Positions 53,340 to 62,708 of a DNA stretch of 64,000 bases are shown here, one piece after another. Origin of the DNA: Candidatus Nomurabacteria bacterium. GTDB taxonomy: Bacteria; Patescibacteriota; Patescibacteriia; HK-STAS-PATE-3. Numbering within the stretch: position 1 is the stretch's first letter; the number at the start of each line of letters is the position of its first letter. The notes under the pieces are model-generated. The model saw nothing but the letters and a program-made list of their open reading frames with translations. It ran no database searches and had not been told where the DNA came from. A program made the position numbers and the translations under genes. Location: contig CP060223.1 in the NCBI GenBank assembly GCA_023898465.1, positions 544,001-608,000 on the forward strand, written 5' to 3'.

Positions 53340-54527
53340 ATGAAACCCTCCCCTCTTATCAAGCGTTATATCCACGTCCGTTTAAATAGTTTTCTCGCTA
53401 GTATTGTTGAGAGAGAAAACCCCAAACTACAGGGTCGGCCTATTGTAATAAGCGAAATGCATAATAATGAAGAACGCGTGCTGAGTTGTAATATCCCAGC
53501 AAAAAAGCTAGGCATCCAAAAGGGCGATACAATTTTACAGGCAAAGAAGCGCTGTACTTGGGTGGCGGTATTTCCTAGTGACATTGAATTAGCAAAAACC
53601 TATGCGAAAGAGTTTATTGCCCTACTCTGTCGATTTTCCACTAAGGTCTATCCGCATAATCGTTTAGACGAAGCCTACATTGAGCTAGACGTCAGTGGAA
53701 TTGCTGCAAGCTCTCCAGAGGAGTTTGCGGCAACTATCCAGCGAAGCATTAAGGTACAACTTGGTTTAAATGCTAGCATTGGAATTGCACGCACTCGTTC
53801 GGTTGCCTGGAGCGCTGCACTGCATAAGCAGCCCGAAGGGATTACCAGTGTGCCTATTGGTAGTGAGCGCGCTTTTCTTTACCCTCTTCCACTTACTCAG
53901 CTCTACTCGCTGGGACAGCGCTCACGCGAATACCTCCTCTCGCATGGTATTCGGACTATTGGCCAACTAGCTGCTTGCTCCAGTAATTGGTTAGTGGAAC
54001 AGTTTGGCAGTGCAGGATATGAGCTACTTCAGTTAGGTCATGGCCAGGATATAAAAGAAGTGAAAACGCCAACTTTACAGAAGTCTATTTCGCGCTCACT
54101 TCGCTTCGAGGCTCCAACAAGTAATCCTGCATTAATTGAAACTACAGTAGCTCACTTAAGTGAAAAGGCTCTTCGTACGCTCCAAAAGCAGGGTCGACGT
54201 GCTGAGACCGTGGTGCTGCAAGTGACCGACATTTACGGTCGCTCACACCAAAGTCATGCAAAACTTTCTAGCTCACGAAACTCATTCCAAAAAGGACTTT
54301 ACAGTGTTTTTCGTCATCTTACCGCTCAGGTGAGCGCTATTCGTTCTATTGCCGTGCAGCTGCACACGTTGCTAGAAACACCGCAGGAGCAACCAAATCG
54401 TGTATGGCAAAGTCAGCCGGTACAATCAGCTATTTTAGGTCTAGAGTGGAGATCGGGTCAGCGGGCCAGAAAAGCAGCAAGATCAGGCAGCTTGGTGCAG
54501 TTACCACTACTCGGTATGAGCGCTTAG
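53340..54527 (+). CDS. Y-family DNA polymerase homolog lacking the N-terminal catalytic aspartates (ImuB-like, predicted catalytically inactive).
   Basis: IHVRLNSFLASIVEREN aligns to DinB IHVDMDAFFASVE (D to R and D to N). RLDEAYIELDVSG retains DE. Fingers, palm, thumb and little-finger length are appropriate. Confidence 0.65.
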   Translation: MKPSPLIKRYIHVRLNSFLASIVERENPKLQGRPIVISEMHNNEERVLSCNIPAKKLGIQKGDTILQAKKRCTWVAVFPSDIELAKTYAKEFIALLCRFSTKVYPHNRLDEAYIELDVSGIAASSPEEFAATIQRSIKVQLGLNASIGIARTRSVAWSAALHKQPEGITSVPIGSERAFLYPLPLTQLYSLGQRSREYLLSHGIRTIGQLAACSSNWLVEQFGSAGYELLQLGHGQDIKEVKTPTLQKSISRSLRFEAPTSNPALIETTVAHLSEKALRTLQKQGRRAETVVLQVTDIYGRSHQSHAKLSSSRNSFQKGLYSVFRHLTAQVSAIRSIAVQLHTLLETPQEQPNRVWQSQPVQSAILGLEWRSGQRARKAARSGSLVQLPLLGMSA

Positions 54528-54925
54528 CGTTTTTTGGGAAGTATTATGTTTGGCTCCCCACTATAGCGTGGAGTGAGCGCTTGCTTCTTTGCTAAGCGAG
54601 CCAATCCGCTATGCAATGTTTCGGGATCTACACCATCTACGGTAGCGATCGGAATTTTATGCACATAACCTAAAGACAAGGCAACGCTCATACATGCGCG
54701 CATGAGCGAGAAGCGACCAACCCCTTCAGTAACAAAAATTCCTGAGAGTGTTTTTGGTTCTACTTTTGCTTTTTTTAAAAGCGCTTCAACTAACTTTAGT
54801 GCGCTGGCGCTTTTTTCGCGAGACAGCAAGAAAGAATCCTTATAGATAATCTTCTGACCATCGTAAAGACTAGCAATGATATATTCAGACTGACTGCTGT
54901 CGAGTACTAGATACTTTTTCTTCAT
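54524..54925 (-). CDS. TsaB/YeaZ-like (inactive Kae1 paralog) protein, short form, tentative.
   Basis: YLVLDSSQSEYIIASLYDGQKII...LSGIFVTEGVGRFSLMRACMSVALSLGYVHKIPIATVDG resembles TsaB LALDTS...GPGSFTGLRIG... Confidence 0.45.
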   Translation of the reverse strand: MKKKYLVLDSSQSEYIIASLYDGQKIIYKDSFLLSREKSASALKLVEALLKKAKVEPKTLSGIFVTEGVGRFSLMRACMSVALSLGYVHKIPIATVDGVDPETLHSGLARLAKKQALTPRYSGEPNIILPKKR

Positions 54926-55577
54926 GCGCTTTAACTGCATCATCTTTCTTTATCTCTGTCTTTTGTCGCATCGTTACACCTAAACGATCAATCATAACTA
55001 TGCGTTTATTTTCCAGAATATGGAAAATGAAGCGATCAGTTAAATCATTGCGATACTGAAACTCACGGGCCGAGAAAACAGTATAGCGTAATTGCGAGCT
55101 AACTTCCTTTTGCAATACCCCAAGCAACTTCTTTAACTTTGCTTTATTTATCTTACCTACAAGTAAAACATCTGTGAGCGTATTTGGAATTCCGGTAAAT
55201 ACTCCAGTAAGTACTAATAGTTTAACTGAACCTATCTTACTAATCGCATCCAGGAAGCTTTTTTGCAGAACTACCTGCGACTTAAGGAAGAGAGATTGCA
55301 GCTCACTGTAGAGAACAAAATCGGTGTTCACGCGGTAGTATTTTTTCCTATCTTCCACCTTTGACTCCAGTATATCTAATCGCTCCAAATGCTCTAGCTC
55401 CCGTCTGATTGAGTTCATGTGCTCATCTAAGGTGCGACAAATTTCCCGCACAAAGTACCATTCCTCTGGATGTAGGAAGAAAAGCCGTAGTAGCTTGGCT
55501 CGAGTTCTTGATCCAAATATGTGTTCAAGCATGGTTTTGACTGACTTGTCGGGAATAAGCGTTTTTAGTATAGTCAA
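54885..55577 (-). CDS. Winged-HTH transcriptional regulator (ArsR/MarR-like N-terminal wHTH) with a C-terminal domain of unknown function.
   Basis: FGSRTRAKLLRLFFLHPEEWYFVREICRTLDEHMNSIRRELEHLERLDILESKVEDRKKYYRVN. Confidence 0.5.
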   Translation of the reverse strand: MTILKTLIPDKSVKTMLEHIFGSRTRAKLLRLFFLHPEEWYFVREICRTLDEHMNSIRRELEHLERLDILESKVEDRKKYYRVNTDFVLYSELQSLFLKSQVVLQKSFLDAISKIGSVKLLVLTGVFTGIPNTLTDVLLVGKINKAKLKKLLGVLQKEVSSQLRYTVFSAREFQYRNDLTDRFIFHILENKRIVMIDRLGVTMRQKTEIKKDDAVKAHEEKVSSTRQQSV

Positions 55578-55641
55578 AAGCGGTTATAGCCGCAAGGAGG
55601 ACCTAGCTGTCGCTTCAGCGGAATACGCCTGAAATAGCCTT

Positions 55642-57879
55642 ATGGCGCAGCTATCACATACACTAGAAAAAGTACTACTTTGCGACCCGGAGCGAAATAC
55701 CTCTTTGGTCCATATTCATGTACCAGAAAGCACCCCTGTCGAATTCCGTACACTGGGGCAGCTTTTCTTTATTGTAGAAATCGATCGGCAGCTCCCAATT
55801 AACCAAGAGCTGGTAGGTGTTGTCGAGGAAGAAATGCAAAAAGCCTACTATCAGACTGCTCAGCTCAGAGTAGAGCCGGCCTTTGAACAAGCTCTACAGC
55901 ACGTGAACGAACAACTCTACCAACTTATTGAGGGTGGCGTTACTGAATGGCTAGAGCACTTCAATATTGTGGTCGGTATAGTGAAGGATGATCTCATCCT
56001 TTTTGCCCATCTCGGCAATATCAGCGCAGTGCTTATACATGGAGGTCGCGTAACTGACATCATTGCGAACGCGGGACGTGAGCGTGAAAAAGTGAATCCT
56101 TTAAAAATCTTTTCAACGGTAGTATCGGGCACAATTACCGATGGCGACCACATCCTCTTCTATACTCCTAGCGTCCTTGACTATCTCTCGCAGGAAAAAT
56201 TAAAGAGAATTGTGCTTGAACGAACACCGGACGAAGCCGTGCATCAGCTTGATGTGCTACTTGATGAGGCTTCACACCACGCCGCTTTTGGGCTCCTGTT
56301 ATTACACTCGACTCGAGAGCGAGAAACCGTACATCTGCAAACCACTCGGACCACTACCCCACGCGCTCCGATGCATACACAGTCCTCAATGGAGCACTTG
56401 ATCGCCCGAGAACGTTCGACTGATCGCTTGCTTGCACCGTCCTTCTGGTTAACGGCACGACAAATCACCAGCGCAATTACGCAAAATATTCGATCAACAT
56501 TTGGACGCATTCGATCAACGCAGAAAACAACTCGTCGACCCTACTTAGGCACGGAACATAGCTCCCCTGCTTCAGAGTATGCTATGCCGCAGCGTGAGAG
56601 CTCCGGCACAAAAGCTGGATTACAATCAATTGCTCGTATATCGACTCGTAGCGGTAAAGCAGTAGGTCGATCATTGCAAAGTACTTTTGCCAAGCGACAA
56701 CAATGGTTTGATTTCTTGAAGGCGGTACCGAGCGGGCTAGGTCGAGTAACGAACCGTTTTGTACGAAACTTTTTAGCATGGAGCTTTACTCGAAAAGCAA
56801 TTTTCTTTGCAATTATCATTGTGCTCTTCTTTTTTGCCCAGAGCATCGTGAGTATTGGTCGGCGCGGAGCAGTAGAAGAAGCTCAACGACAAGAAACTGA
56901 GGCGGTGGCAGCAATTGAAGAAAAGACTTTTCAAGCCGAGGCATCACTTAGCTACGAAGATGAGGCACGAGCCAATACCCTACTCGATGAAGCCGAGGCC
57001 CTGATTGCTGCGCTAGAAAATAAAGACACTGACGCGGTGCGTAGTGCACAGAATGAAATAAATACCTTACGCGAACAAGCGAACCGAGTAGTACGAATCA
57101 GCGAGCCAACAACGCTGGCCGATCTTAGTCAGCAAGACGGCTTTACCTCTACTCGCTTTATCAACGCGCTAGCAGATACCCTTTATCTGCCAGACCAGAA
57201 TGGTTCGAAGATGTGGGCCGTTGATGGTAATGGCAACGTTGTAGGGATTGATACAGGAATAGATGGTCTAGGGGCGCCAACAATGTCGGCCCTCCAGGGC
57301 GGTCAAAGCATTATTGTGTATCACGACAACGGTGCGGTCTATGCAATAAACGCTGCAAATACCATTCAACTTCTCAGCTTTACTCCCCCGTCGGAAAGTA
57401 AAGACTTTGTCGCGATGTCTACGTATCAATCGCGAGTATACATTCTCGACAAACTAAATAATCAAATTTATCGCTCACTCCAGGGTAGTGCTGCTATTGG
57501 GACTGCAAGTGAATGGCTCGATGCTAACTATGATCTTTCTCAAAGCGTCGATCTAGCAGTTGATGGCACAATCTATGTTGCTGATGAATCTGGTGCAGTG
57601 CGAGAATTCTCTCAAGGAACTCAAGACGACTTCACTCTGCAAGACATCACACCGGCCGTGAATCACATTGATCGAATTTGGACTGATGCTGAGGCAAACA
57701 ATCTGTACATCCTTGATCGTAATGAAAAGCGTTTACTAGTCTTCACGAAGAATGGTCGACTCCGACAGCAATACACCTCGGAGGCTTGGGATGATCTGAG
57801 GGCTATGAGTATAGATGAGGCGAATGATATCGCCTATCTCCTCAGCGGTACTAAAATATATACACTCGAACTACAGTAA
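55642..57879 (+). CDS. Large hypothetical membrane protein: N-terminal cytoplasmic domain, S/T/R-rich linker, one TM helix, coiled coil, C-terminal beta-propeller-like repeats.
   Basis: TM helix FFAIIIVLFFFAQSIVSI. Repeated ...YILD.../...YVAD.../...YLLS... blade-like units. No catalytic motif recognised. Confidence 0.55.
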   Translation: MAQLSHTLEKVLLCDPERNTSLVHIHVPESTPVEFRTLGQLFFIVEIDRQLPINQELVGVVEEEMQKAYYQTAQLRVEPAFEQALQHVNEQLYQLIEGGVTEWLEHFNIVVGIVKDDLILFAHLGNISAVLIHGGRVTDIIANAGREREKVNPLKIFSTVVSGTITDGDHILFYTPSVLDYLSQEKLKRIVLERTPDEAVHQLDVLLDEASHHAAFGLLLLHSTRERETVHLQTTRTTTPRAPMHTQSSMEHLIARERSTDRLLAPSFWLTARQITSAITQNIRSTFGRIRSTQKTTRRPYLGTEHSSPASEYAMPQRESSGTKAGLQSIARISTRSGKAVGRSLQSTFAKRQQWFDFLKAVPSGLGRVTNRFVRNFLAWSFTRKAIFFAIIIVLFFFAQSIVSIGRRGAVEEAQRQETEAVAAIEEKTFQAEASLSYEDEARANTLLDEAEALIAALENKDTDAVRSAQNEINTLREQANRVVRISEPTTLADLSQQDGFTSTRFINALADTLYLPDQNGSKMWAVDGNGNVVGIDTGIDGLGAPTMSALQGGQSIIVYHDNGAVYAINAANTIQLLSFTPPSESKDFVAMSTYQSRVYILDKLNNQIYRSLQGSAAIGTASEWLDANYDLSQSVDLAVDGTIYVADESGAVREFSQGTQDDFTLQDITPAVNHIDRIWTDAEANNLYILDRNEKRLLVFTKNGRLRQQYTSEAWDDLRAMSIDEANDIAYLLSGTKIYTLELQ

Positions 57880-57932
57880 AGCAAACGCCGGGCATCTTGC
57901 CCGGCGTTTTTTGATTCGAGATTGAAGTGGAA

Positions 57933-58376
57933 TTACTTCAGAGTTACCTTAGCTCCGGCTTCTTCCAATTTCTTCTTCAGATCGTCAGCCTCTTCTTTGG
58001 TAGCACCTTCTTTGATCATCTTTGGTGCACCGTCGACGAGATCCTTGGCTTCTTTCAAGCCCTTCTGGGTCACTTCACGGACGACCTTGATGACAGCAAT
58101 CTTGTTGCCACCGGCTTCGGTCAACTCGACATCAAAGGAGGACTTCTCCTCTGCAGCACCGGCGTCTCCACCGGCAGCTGGCATACCAGCCATCATGACT
58201 GGAGCAGCTTGAGCTGATACTCCGAATTTATCTTCCAGCACTTTGACGAGCTCAGAGAGTTCAACCACGTTGAGCTTCTCGATTTGCTCGACCAATGCCT
58301 TAAACTTTTCTGGTACTTCAACAGCCTTGTCTTCCTTTGATTCCTCGGCTGCTGGTGTTGCGTTTTCTTCTGACAT
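57933..58376 (-). CDS. rplL: 50S ribosomal protein L7/L12 with a 22-aa acidic N-terminal extension.
   Basis: [31 protein letters not shown] (dimerisation domain) and a C-terminal ...[23 protein letters not shown]...[10 protein letters not shown]. Confidence 0.9.
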   Translation of the reverse strand: MSEENATPAAEESKEDKAVEVPEKFKALVEQIEKLNVVELSELVKVLEDKFGVSAQAAPVMMAGMPAAGGDAGAAEEKSSFDVELTEAGGNKIAVIKVVREVTQKGLKEAKDLVDGAPKMIKEGATKEEADDLKKKLEEAGAKVTLK

Positions 58377-58410
58377 AGTCGTAGTAAGAATAAATTAGCG
58401 AATAAAAATG

Positions 58411-58938
58411 TTAAGCTGATTTTTGATCTTTGATTGCACTGAGGACAGTGACCAAACCGCGGATATTGCCTTGGAGTACATTGACGAATCCAGACAATGG
58501 AGCTTGGATCGTGCGAACCAATTGGCCAAGGAGCTGCTGCCGTGATGGCAACTTAGACAAGGCTTCAATTGATGCGGCATTGATAAGATTTCCTTCGAGG
58601 TAGCCGCCCAAGAATTGGACGCTCTCGTGCTCTTTACGGAAATCAGCCAAGGCTTTTGCGGTTTCCACTTCATCACCGAATCCAAAAGTGATACTGATCG
58701 GCTGGTTAATTTCCTCGATACCCAGCGTCTCGTGTCCCTTTTCACCAAACACCTTTTTTAATAAGGTCTTTTTGGCTACGTGATACTCTCCACCAACATC
58801 GTAAACTGCTTGACGAAGTTTTTGCTCATCTCCAACTTGGAGTCCAGAGAATGAGGTGAAAACGGCCAAACTTGCTCGGTCGAGCTGCTCACGCAATTCG
58901 GCTAAATCCTGCTCTTTTTTGGCTTTTGATTTGCTCAT
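58411..58938 (-). CDS. rplJ: 50S ribosomal protein L10.
   Basis: MSKSKAKKEQDLAELREQLDRASLAVFTSFSGLQVGDEQKLR... canonical L10. Upstream ORF residues are an extension artefact. Confidence 0.85.
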   Translation of the reverse strand: MSKSKAKKEQDLAELREQLDRASLAVFTSFSGLQVGDEQKLRQAVYDVGGEYHVAKKTLLKKVFGEKGHETLGIEEINQPISITFGFGDEVETAKALADFRKEHESVQFLGGYLEGNLINAASIEALSKLPSRQQLLGQLVRTIQAPLSGFVNVLQGNIRGLVTVLSAIKDQKSA

Positions 58939-59112
58939 AGTGAGATAAGATGAATAAAGAAGCGGTCTTCCGAGACCGCCTGCACTTCCCCACATTTGGG
59001 GAGAAGATTGGCTACCTCGGTAAGGTGATGGTTGAATCCGCCCTAGAGCGGACCTTACGGTCTTTGGTAGATAAATTGTCAAAACCTAGACTAGCAATCT
59101 CTCCGTATACTG

Positions 59113-59811
59113 TCAAGTAAAAATGCGTGTACCATGAAATGCCTTACCCTGGAGGGCTAATTTTACCTGCTCTAAACGCTTCCCCTGCAAAATATCCACT
59201 TCTAAGCCGTGCTTTTGGGCCAAAGCACTTGCTCGAGGATCAAATGGCGAGCTTAAACGCGGTGTCCACTTCTTAGGGATTATTTTCCTATACTCTTTCC
59301 AGTTCACTTGCCCAAGCGCTTTTGCGTCCTTATACTTCTTGGGATCCTTGGTATACACATAGGGAATGTCGGACAAATTGAGAATACGAGTGGCCCCTAG
59401 AGCAATTGCCATCTGCACAGCATCCATATCTGTTGAATGCCCTGGGACATAGCCTCCCCCTAGGAGAATCGGCCGCAACATCTTTGGCGGCTTCTCAGGA
59501 TTATCAATGAGGGTGGTATTTGCGTATGCACCAAAAATGCTACGGAGAAGATGCGCATGTACCTTCGTCGTGGCAATACCTATCCAGTCCAGATCAACTG
59601 CTTTGACGGTGGCGAGCTTCCGAGCTGCTTCATTGTAACGTTTGTTTGTCTTCCCTCCCCCGGTAATAATAACAAAGCGCTGACCTTGCCGTACAAAGCT
59701 CAAAATCAATTGACGAAACTTTTTTAAAAACGTGACATCTATTTCATCAGGCACAATCAGTGACCCGCCTAGTGAAATAATGCTTACTGGTTGTGTGGGC
59801 TGTTTTTTCAT
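59113..59811 (-). CDS. Amino-acid-kinase-fold protein, most similar to archaeal-type UMP kinase (PyrH).
   Basis: VSIISLGGSLIV...FVIITGGGKTNKRYNEAARKLATVKAVDLDWIGIATTKVHAHLL. Confidence 0.55.
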   Translation of the reverse strand: MKKQPTQPVSIISLGGSLIVPDEIDVTFLKKFRQLILSFVRQGQRFVIITGGGKTNKRYNEAARKLATVKAVDLDWIGIATTKVHAHLLRSIFGAYANTTLIDNPEKPPKMLRPILLGGGYVPGHSTDMDAVQMAIALGATRILNLSDIPYVYTKDPKKYKDAKALGQVNWKEYRKIIPKKWTPRLSSPFDPRASALAQKHGLEVDILQGKRLEQVKLALQGKAFHGTRIFT

Positions 59812-60824
59812 TCTAGGTATTTCTGAACATTTACTGAATGCTCGGCAAATGTTTTTGCAAAATGCGCAACGTCATCTGCATCGGTTAAGAAATAGTAGTA
59901 CTCATTTGGAATGGGCTGAAGGGCTGAGGTGATTGCATCGAGACCGGGATTGGAAATAGGACCAGGCGGCAATCCTTGATATTTATAAGTGTTGTATGGA
60001 CTATCAACCGAGGTATCAAAACCATCATTGCCGGTAACATACTTCACCGTTACATCCGACTGAAGCGCTTGCCCAATCTCTAAACGACGGAGGAATAAAT
60101 CTGCCGCCAATCTCCTATCCTCGGTTTTTTGTAATTCTTTTTCAATAATTGAGGCAAGTGTCAGCATTTCGTAAAAACTATATCCGTATTGATCAGCTTC
60201 AGCACGTAATTCAACCGGGACTTTTTCCGCAAAAGTATCAAGTAATTTTACTGTCACATCCTCTGCTGTTGCATTCTTAAAGAAGCGATAAGTATCTGGA
60301 AAGAGAAAGCCTTCAAGCGTGCCATTCACTGGTACATCAGCCAAGAAATCGTATGGACGATTTGCATCATTAAAAGCAAGGAGAAAGGTCTTGCGTAACT
60401 CATCAGCTGACTTGTCCTGCACTTCGGCAAATGCATCGCCGAGCTGCTGAGCGATTTGTTCCTTTGTTAAGCCCTCTCGTAATCGCACAAGGATTTCATC
60501 AGCCAACACATCCCCGTCGCTTAACCTCTCCGTGATTTCAGCAACACTCAAATCAGTATTTAGGACATAGGTGCCTGCCTGCAAGTCACTTTGCACGCCT
60601 TGCAGCTTCACATAGAGACGAAAAACATTTGTGCTGCGAATAAGGCCAGCCCCTTTTAAGGTGTCAGCGATATTTTGCACACTATCCCCTTGCGCAATCA
60701 CAATAGTCTTATCCTCTGCTTCACTAGAAACTGCGCGTAAACCATTTTGATACCAAAACACACCGGTAAGTGTCAGTAGAATAACAGCGCTAAGAAAAAA
60801 AAGAAGCCTAAAACGTGTATGCAT
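59808..60824 (-). CDS. mltG: Endolytic murein transglycosylase MltG (YceG family).
   Basis: N-terminal TM, GTYVLNTDLSVAEI, SPYNTYKYQGLPPGPISNPG signature. Confidence 0.85.
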   Translation of the reverse strand: MHTRFRLLFFLSAVILLTLTGVFWYQNGLRAVSSEAEDKTIVIAQGDSVQNIADTLKGAGLIRSTNVFRLYVKLQGVQSDLQAGTYVLNTDLSVAEITERLSDGDVLADEILVRLREGLTKEQIAQQLGDAFAEVQDKSADELRKTFLLAFNDANRPYDFLADVPVNGTLEGFLFPDTYRFFKNATAEDVTVKLLDTFAEKVPVELRAEADQYGYSFYEMLTLASIIEKELQKTEDRRLAADLFLRRLEIGQALQSDVTVKYVTGNDGFDTSVDSPYNTYKYQGLPPGPISNPGLDAITSALQPIPNEYYYFLTDADDVAHFAKTFAEHSVNVQKYLE

Positions 60825-60835
60825 AGCGTGACAAC

Positions 60836-61921
60836 TTAAAGGTAACGTTCAAGCGAGCGATCTTTCAAAACCTCAACTAAGTTTTTTACCTCCGCGGAAA
60901 GCTGCTTCGGCACCACCAAAACCGCATCCTTCGTATCAACTACCACCATATCACGCAAGCCTACTCCGGCAACTAATCGTCCACTATCGGAAAAAAGAAG
61001 ACTGCGTTTCGTATCGTGAGTCACAACTTTACCGCGCGTAGCGTTTTGTTGTGCACCCTGCAGGAGTAAGTCGTGAATAAGATACCACTTACCGGTATCA
61101 CTCCAACCTAGATTGCCGGACACCACACCCATTTGTTCAACATATTGCGCAATCGCCTCCTCGATTGAAGCGGCGCGCATTGCCGTGTATTCCCTCTTCA
61201 GCACTGAAGCAAAACGACGAGTCCCCTGCGCTGCACTTATCCGACGCAAGCGCGAAGTCATTAAGGGTTGGTAAGTTTCAAAGTAAGAAAGTATGGTCGA
61301 GGACTTCCATATGTACTGACCAGTGTGCGCAAAAAACTTTGGATTGCGCATAATTCGATTCAACATGGTCGACTTTGGCTTTTCAACCCACCGTTTTGCA
61401 AGATGAAAGGATTGACCATATATTTTGCCAATACTTTTTCCTAGCTCGATATAACTTAAGCCTGAATCAGGTTTTTCAACTTGGGCCGCTACCGCTAAGG
61501 CGTAAAAAGGTTTTTCGTGTAAAAATTTCTCTGCAGCGCGCAAAAGATTGCGAAACTTTTCCACATTGGTAAACACATCGTCAACAGTTAAGCTGGCAAT
61601 GACTGGATCCTCTTCTTTTGACAGTTTTTGAATAAGGACCGATTCGAGCCCAATAGCCGGACCGGTATTACGACTTACCGGCTCGACAATAATATTATCT
61701 TTGGGTAAACGAGGAAGGATTTTGCGGACAGTCGACTCAAATCCTGGACCAATAGAGACAAAGAGATCACGGGATGAGCCCAATAATGGCTTAATTTCCT
61801 CGTATTTTTGCCGTAAAAGCGAATGTTGGCCTAATAATGGGAGAAACTGCTTAGGATGTTTTTTCCGGGATAATGGCCACAATCGAGTACCAGAACCGCC
61901 GGCGCGAATAACTATTTTCAT
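60836..61921 (-). CDS. Mannose-1-phosphate guanylyltransferase-like nucleotidyltransferase.
   Basis: MKIVIRAGGSGTRLWPLSRKKHPKQFLPL is an NTP-transferase G-loop. The length is consistent with ManC lacking the cupin domain. Confidence 0.7.
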   Translation of the reverse strand: MKIVIRAGGSGTRLWPLSRKKHPKQFLPLLGQHSLLRQKYEEIKPLLGSSRDLFVSIGPGFESTVRKILPRLPKDNIIVEPVSRNTGPAIGLESVLIQKLSKEEDPVIASLTVDDVFTNVEKFRNLLRAAEKFLHEKPFYALAVAAQVEKPDSGLSYIELGKSIGKIYGQSFHLAKRWVEKPKSTMLNRIMRNPKFFAHTGQYIWKSSTILSYFETYQPLMTSRLRRISAAQGTRRFASVLKREYTAMRAASIEEAIAQYVEQMGVVSGNLGWSDTGKWYLIHDLLLQGAQQNATRGKVVTHDTKRSLLFSDSGRLVAGVGLRDMVVVDTKDAVLVVPKQLSAEVKNLVEVLKDRSLERYL

Positions 61922-62463
61922 ATGAGTTTCCTTCGCATAATGATTTCATAGGCTCGGAGGATAGGAAGCGCCCAATCAGCGCTAGGGATCTCGCCGTCTA
62001 ATGCCAGACGGGCTGCTTTTCGCAATGGAATACAGCGCAAGACATTAGGTTCATCGTCTGGATTCTCTCGTTGTTTCAGAGTAATGTCCCTGGCTAAATA
62101 CAAAAAGCGATCCCATTTCCACGACCCTCCGCCGTGGTAATCATAAAGCAAACTAAGTTTTTTCGCCTTAATGCCCGTTTCCTCATAGAGTTCACGAAGT
62201 GCGGCATGGCGCGGTGTCTCCCCTTGTTCCACCTTCCCGCCCGGCAGACGTAGAGCCGTCTTCTGAATTCCTATTCGGTATTCCTCTATCAAATACACGT
62301 TTTTCTTCTTATCCACCGCTACAACATTCACTGACGATGGTCGCTCCATCACCTCACGTGTTACTCGACGACCATCTGGCAATGTGACAAAAGCAGTACG
62401 GAGTGTAAATAAGGAACCCCGGAAGACTACTTTTGACGAAAGTTCTTGTTCAATGTTTGGCAT
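61918..62463 (-). CDS. NUDIX hydrolase (ADP-ribose pyrophosphatase-like).
   Basis: Nudix box GGKVEQGETPRHAALRELYEETGI. 4-bp overlap with the upstream gene. Confidence 0.8.
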   Translation of the reverse strand: MPNIEQELSSKVVFRGSLFTLRTAFVTLPDGRRVTREVMERPSSVNVVAVDKKKNVYLIEEYRIGIQKTALRLPGGKVEQGETPRHAALRELYEETGIKAKKLSLLYDYHGGGSWKWDRFLYLARDITLKQRENPDDEPNVLRCIPLRKAARLALDGEIPSADWALPILRAYEIIMRRKLI

Positions 62464-62551
62464 AGGCGCTGAGTATCTTAGTATACCAGAATTTTATGCA
62501 CTCACCTATTTTACCTACTAGCGCTTCGCGATATTAAAGACGCTTAAGCTA

Positions 62552-62582
62552 GGGTTGACAAAAATAGTAATGTTGTGCTATA
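62552..62582 (+). promoter_or_regulatory. Promoter TTGACA-N18-TATAAA upstream of the surface-protein gene (5'UTR about 125 nt).
   Basis: Read directly from GGGTTGACAAAAATAGTAATGTTGTGCTATAAACC. Confidence 0.4.
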
Positions 62583-62708
62583 AACCTATGTCATGCTATG
62601 CTATTTACCAGCGTGAATTCCATGTTGTACGTGGTACTCAACATTCACTCTCAATTACACATTTCGGCATCATAGCCGCCTTTTTCAATACCATTAACTC
62701 TGTAAATT

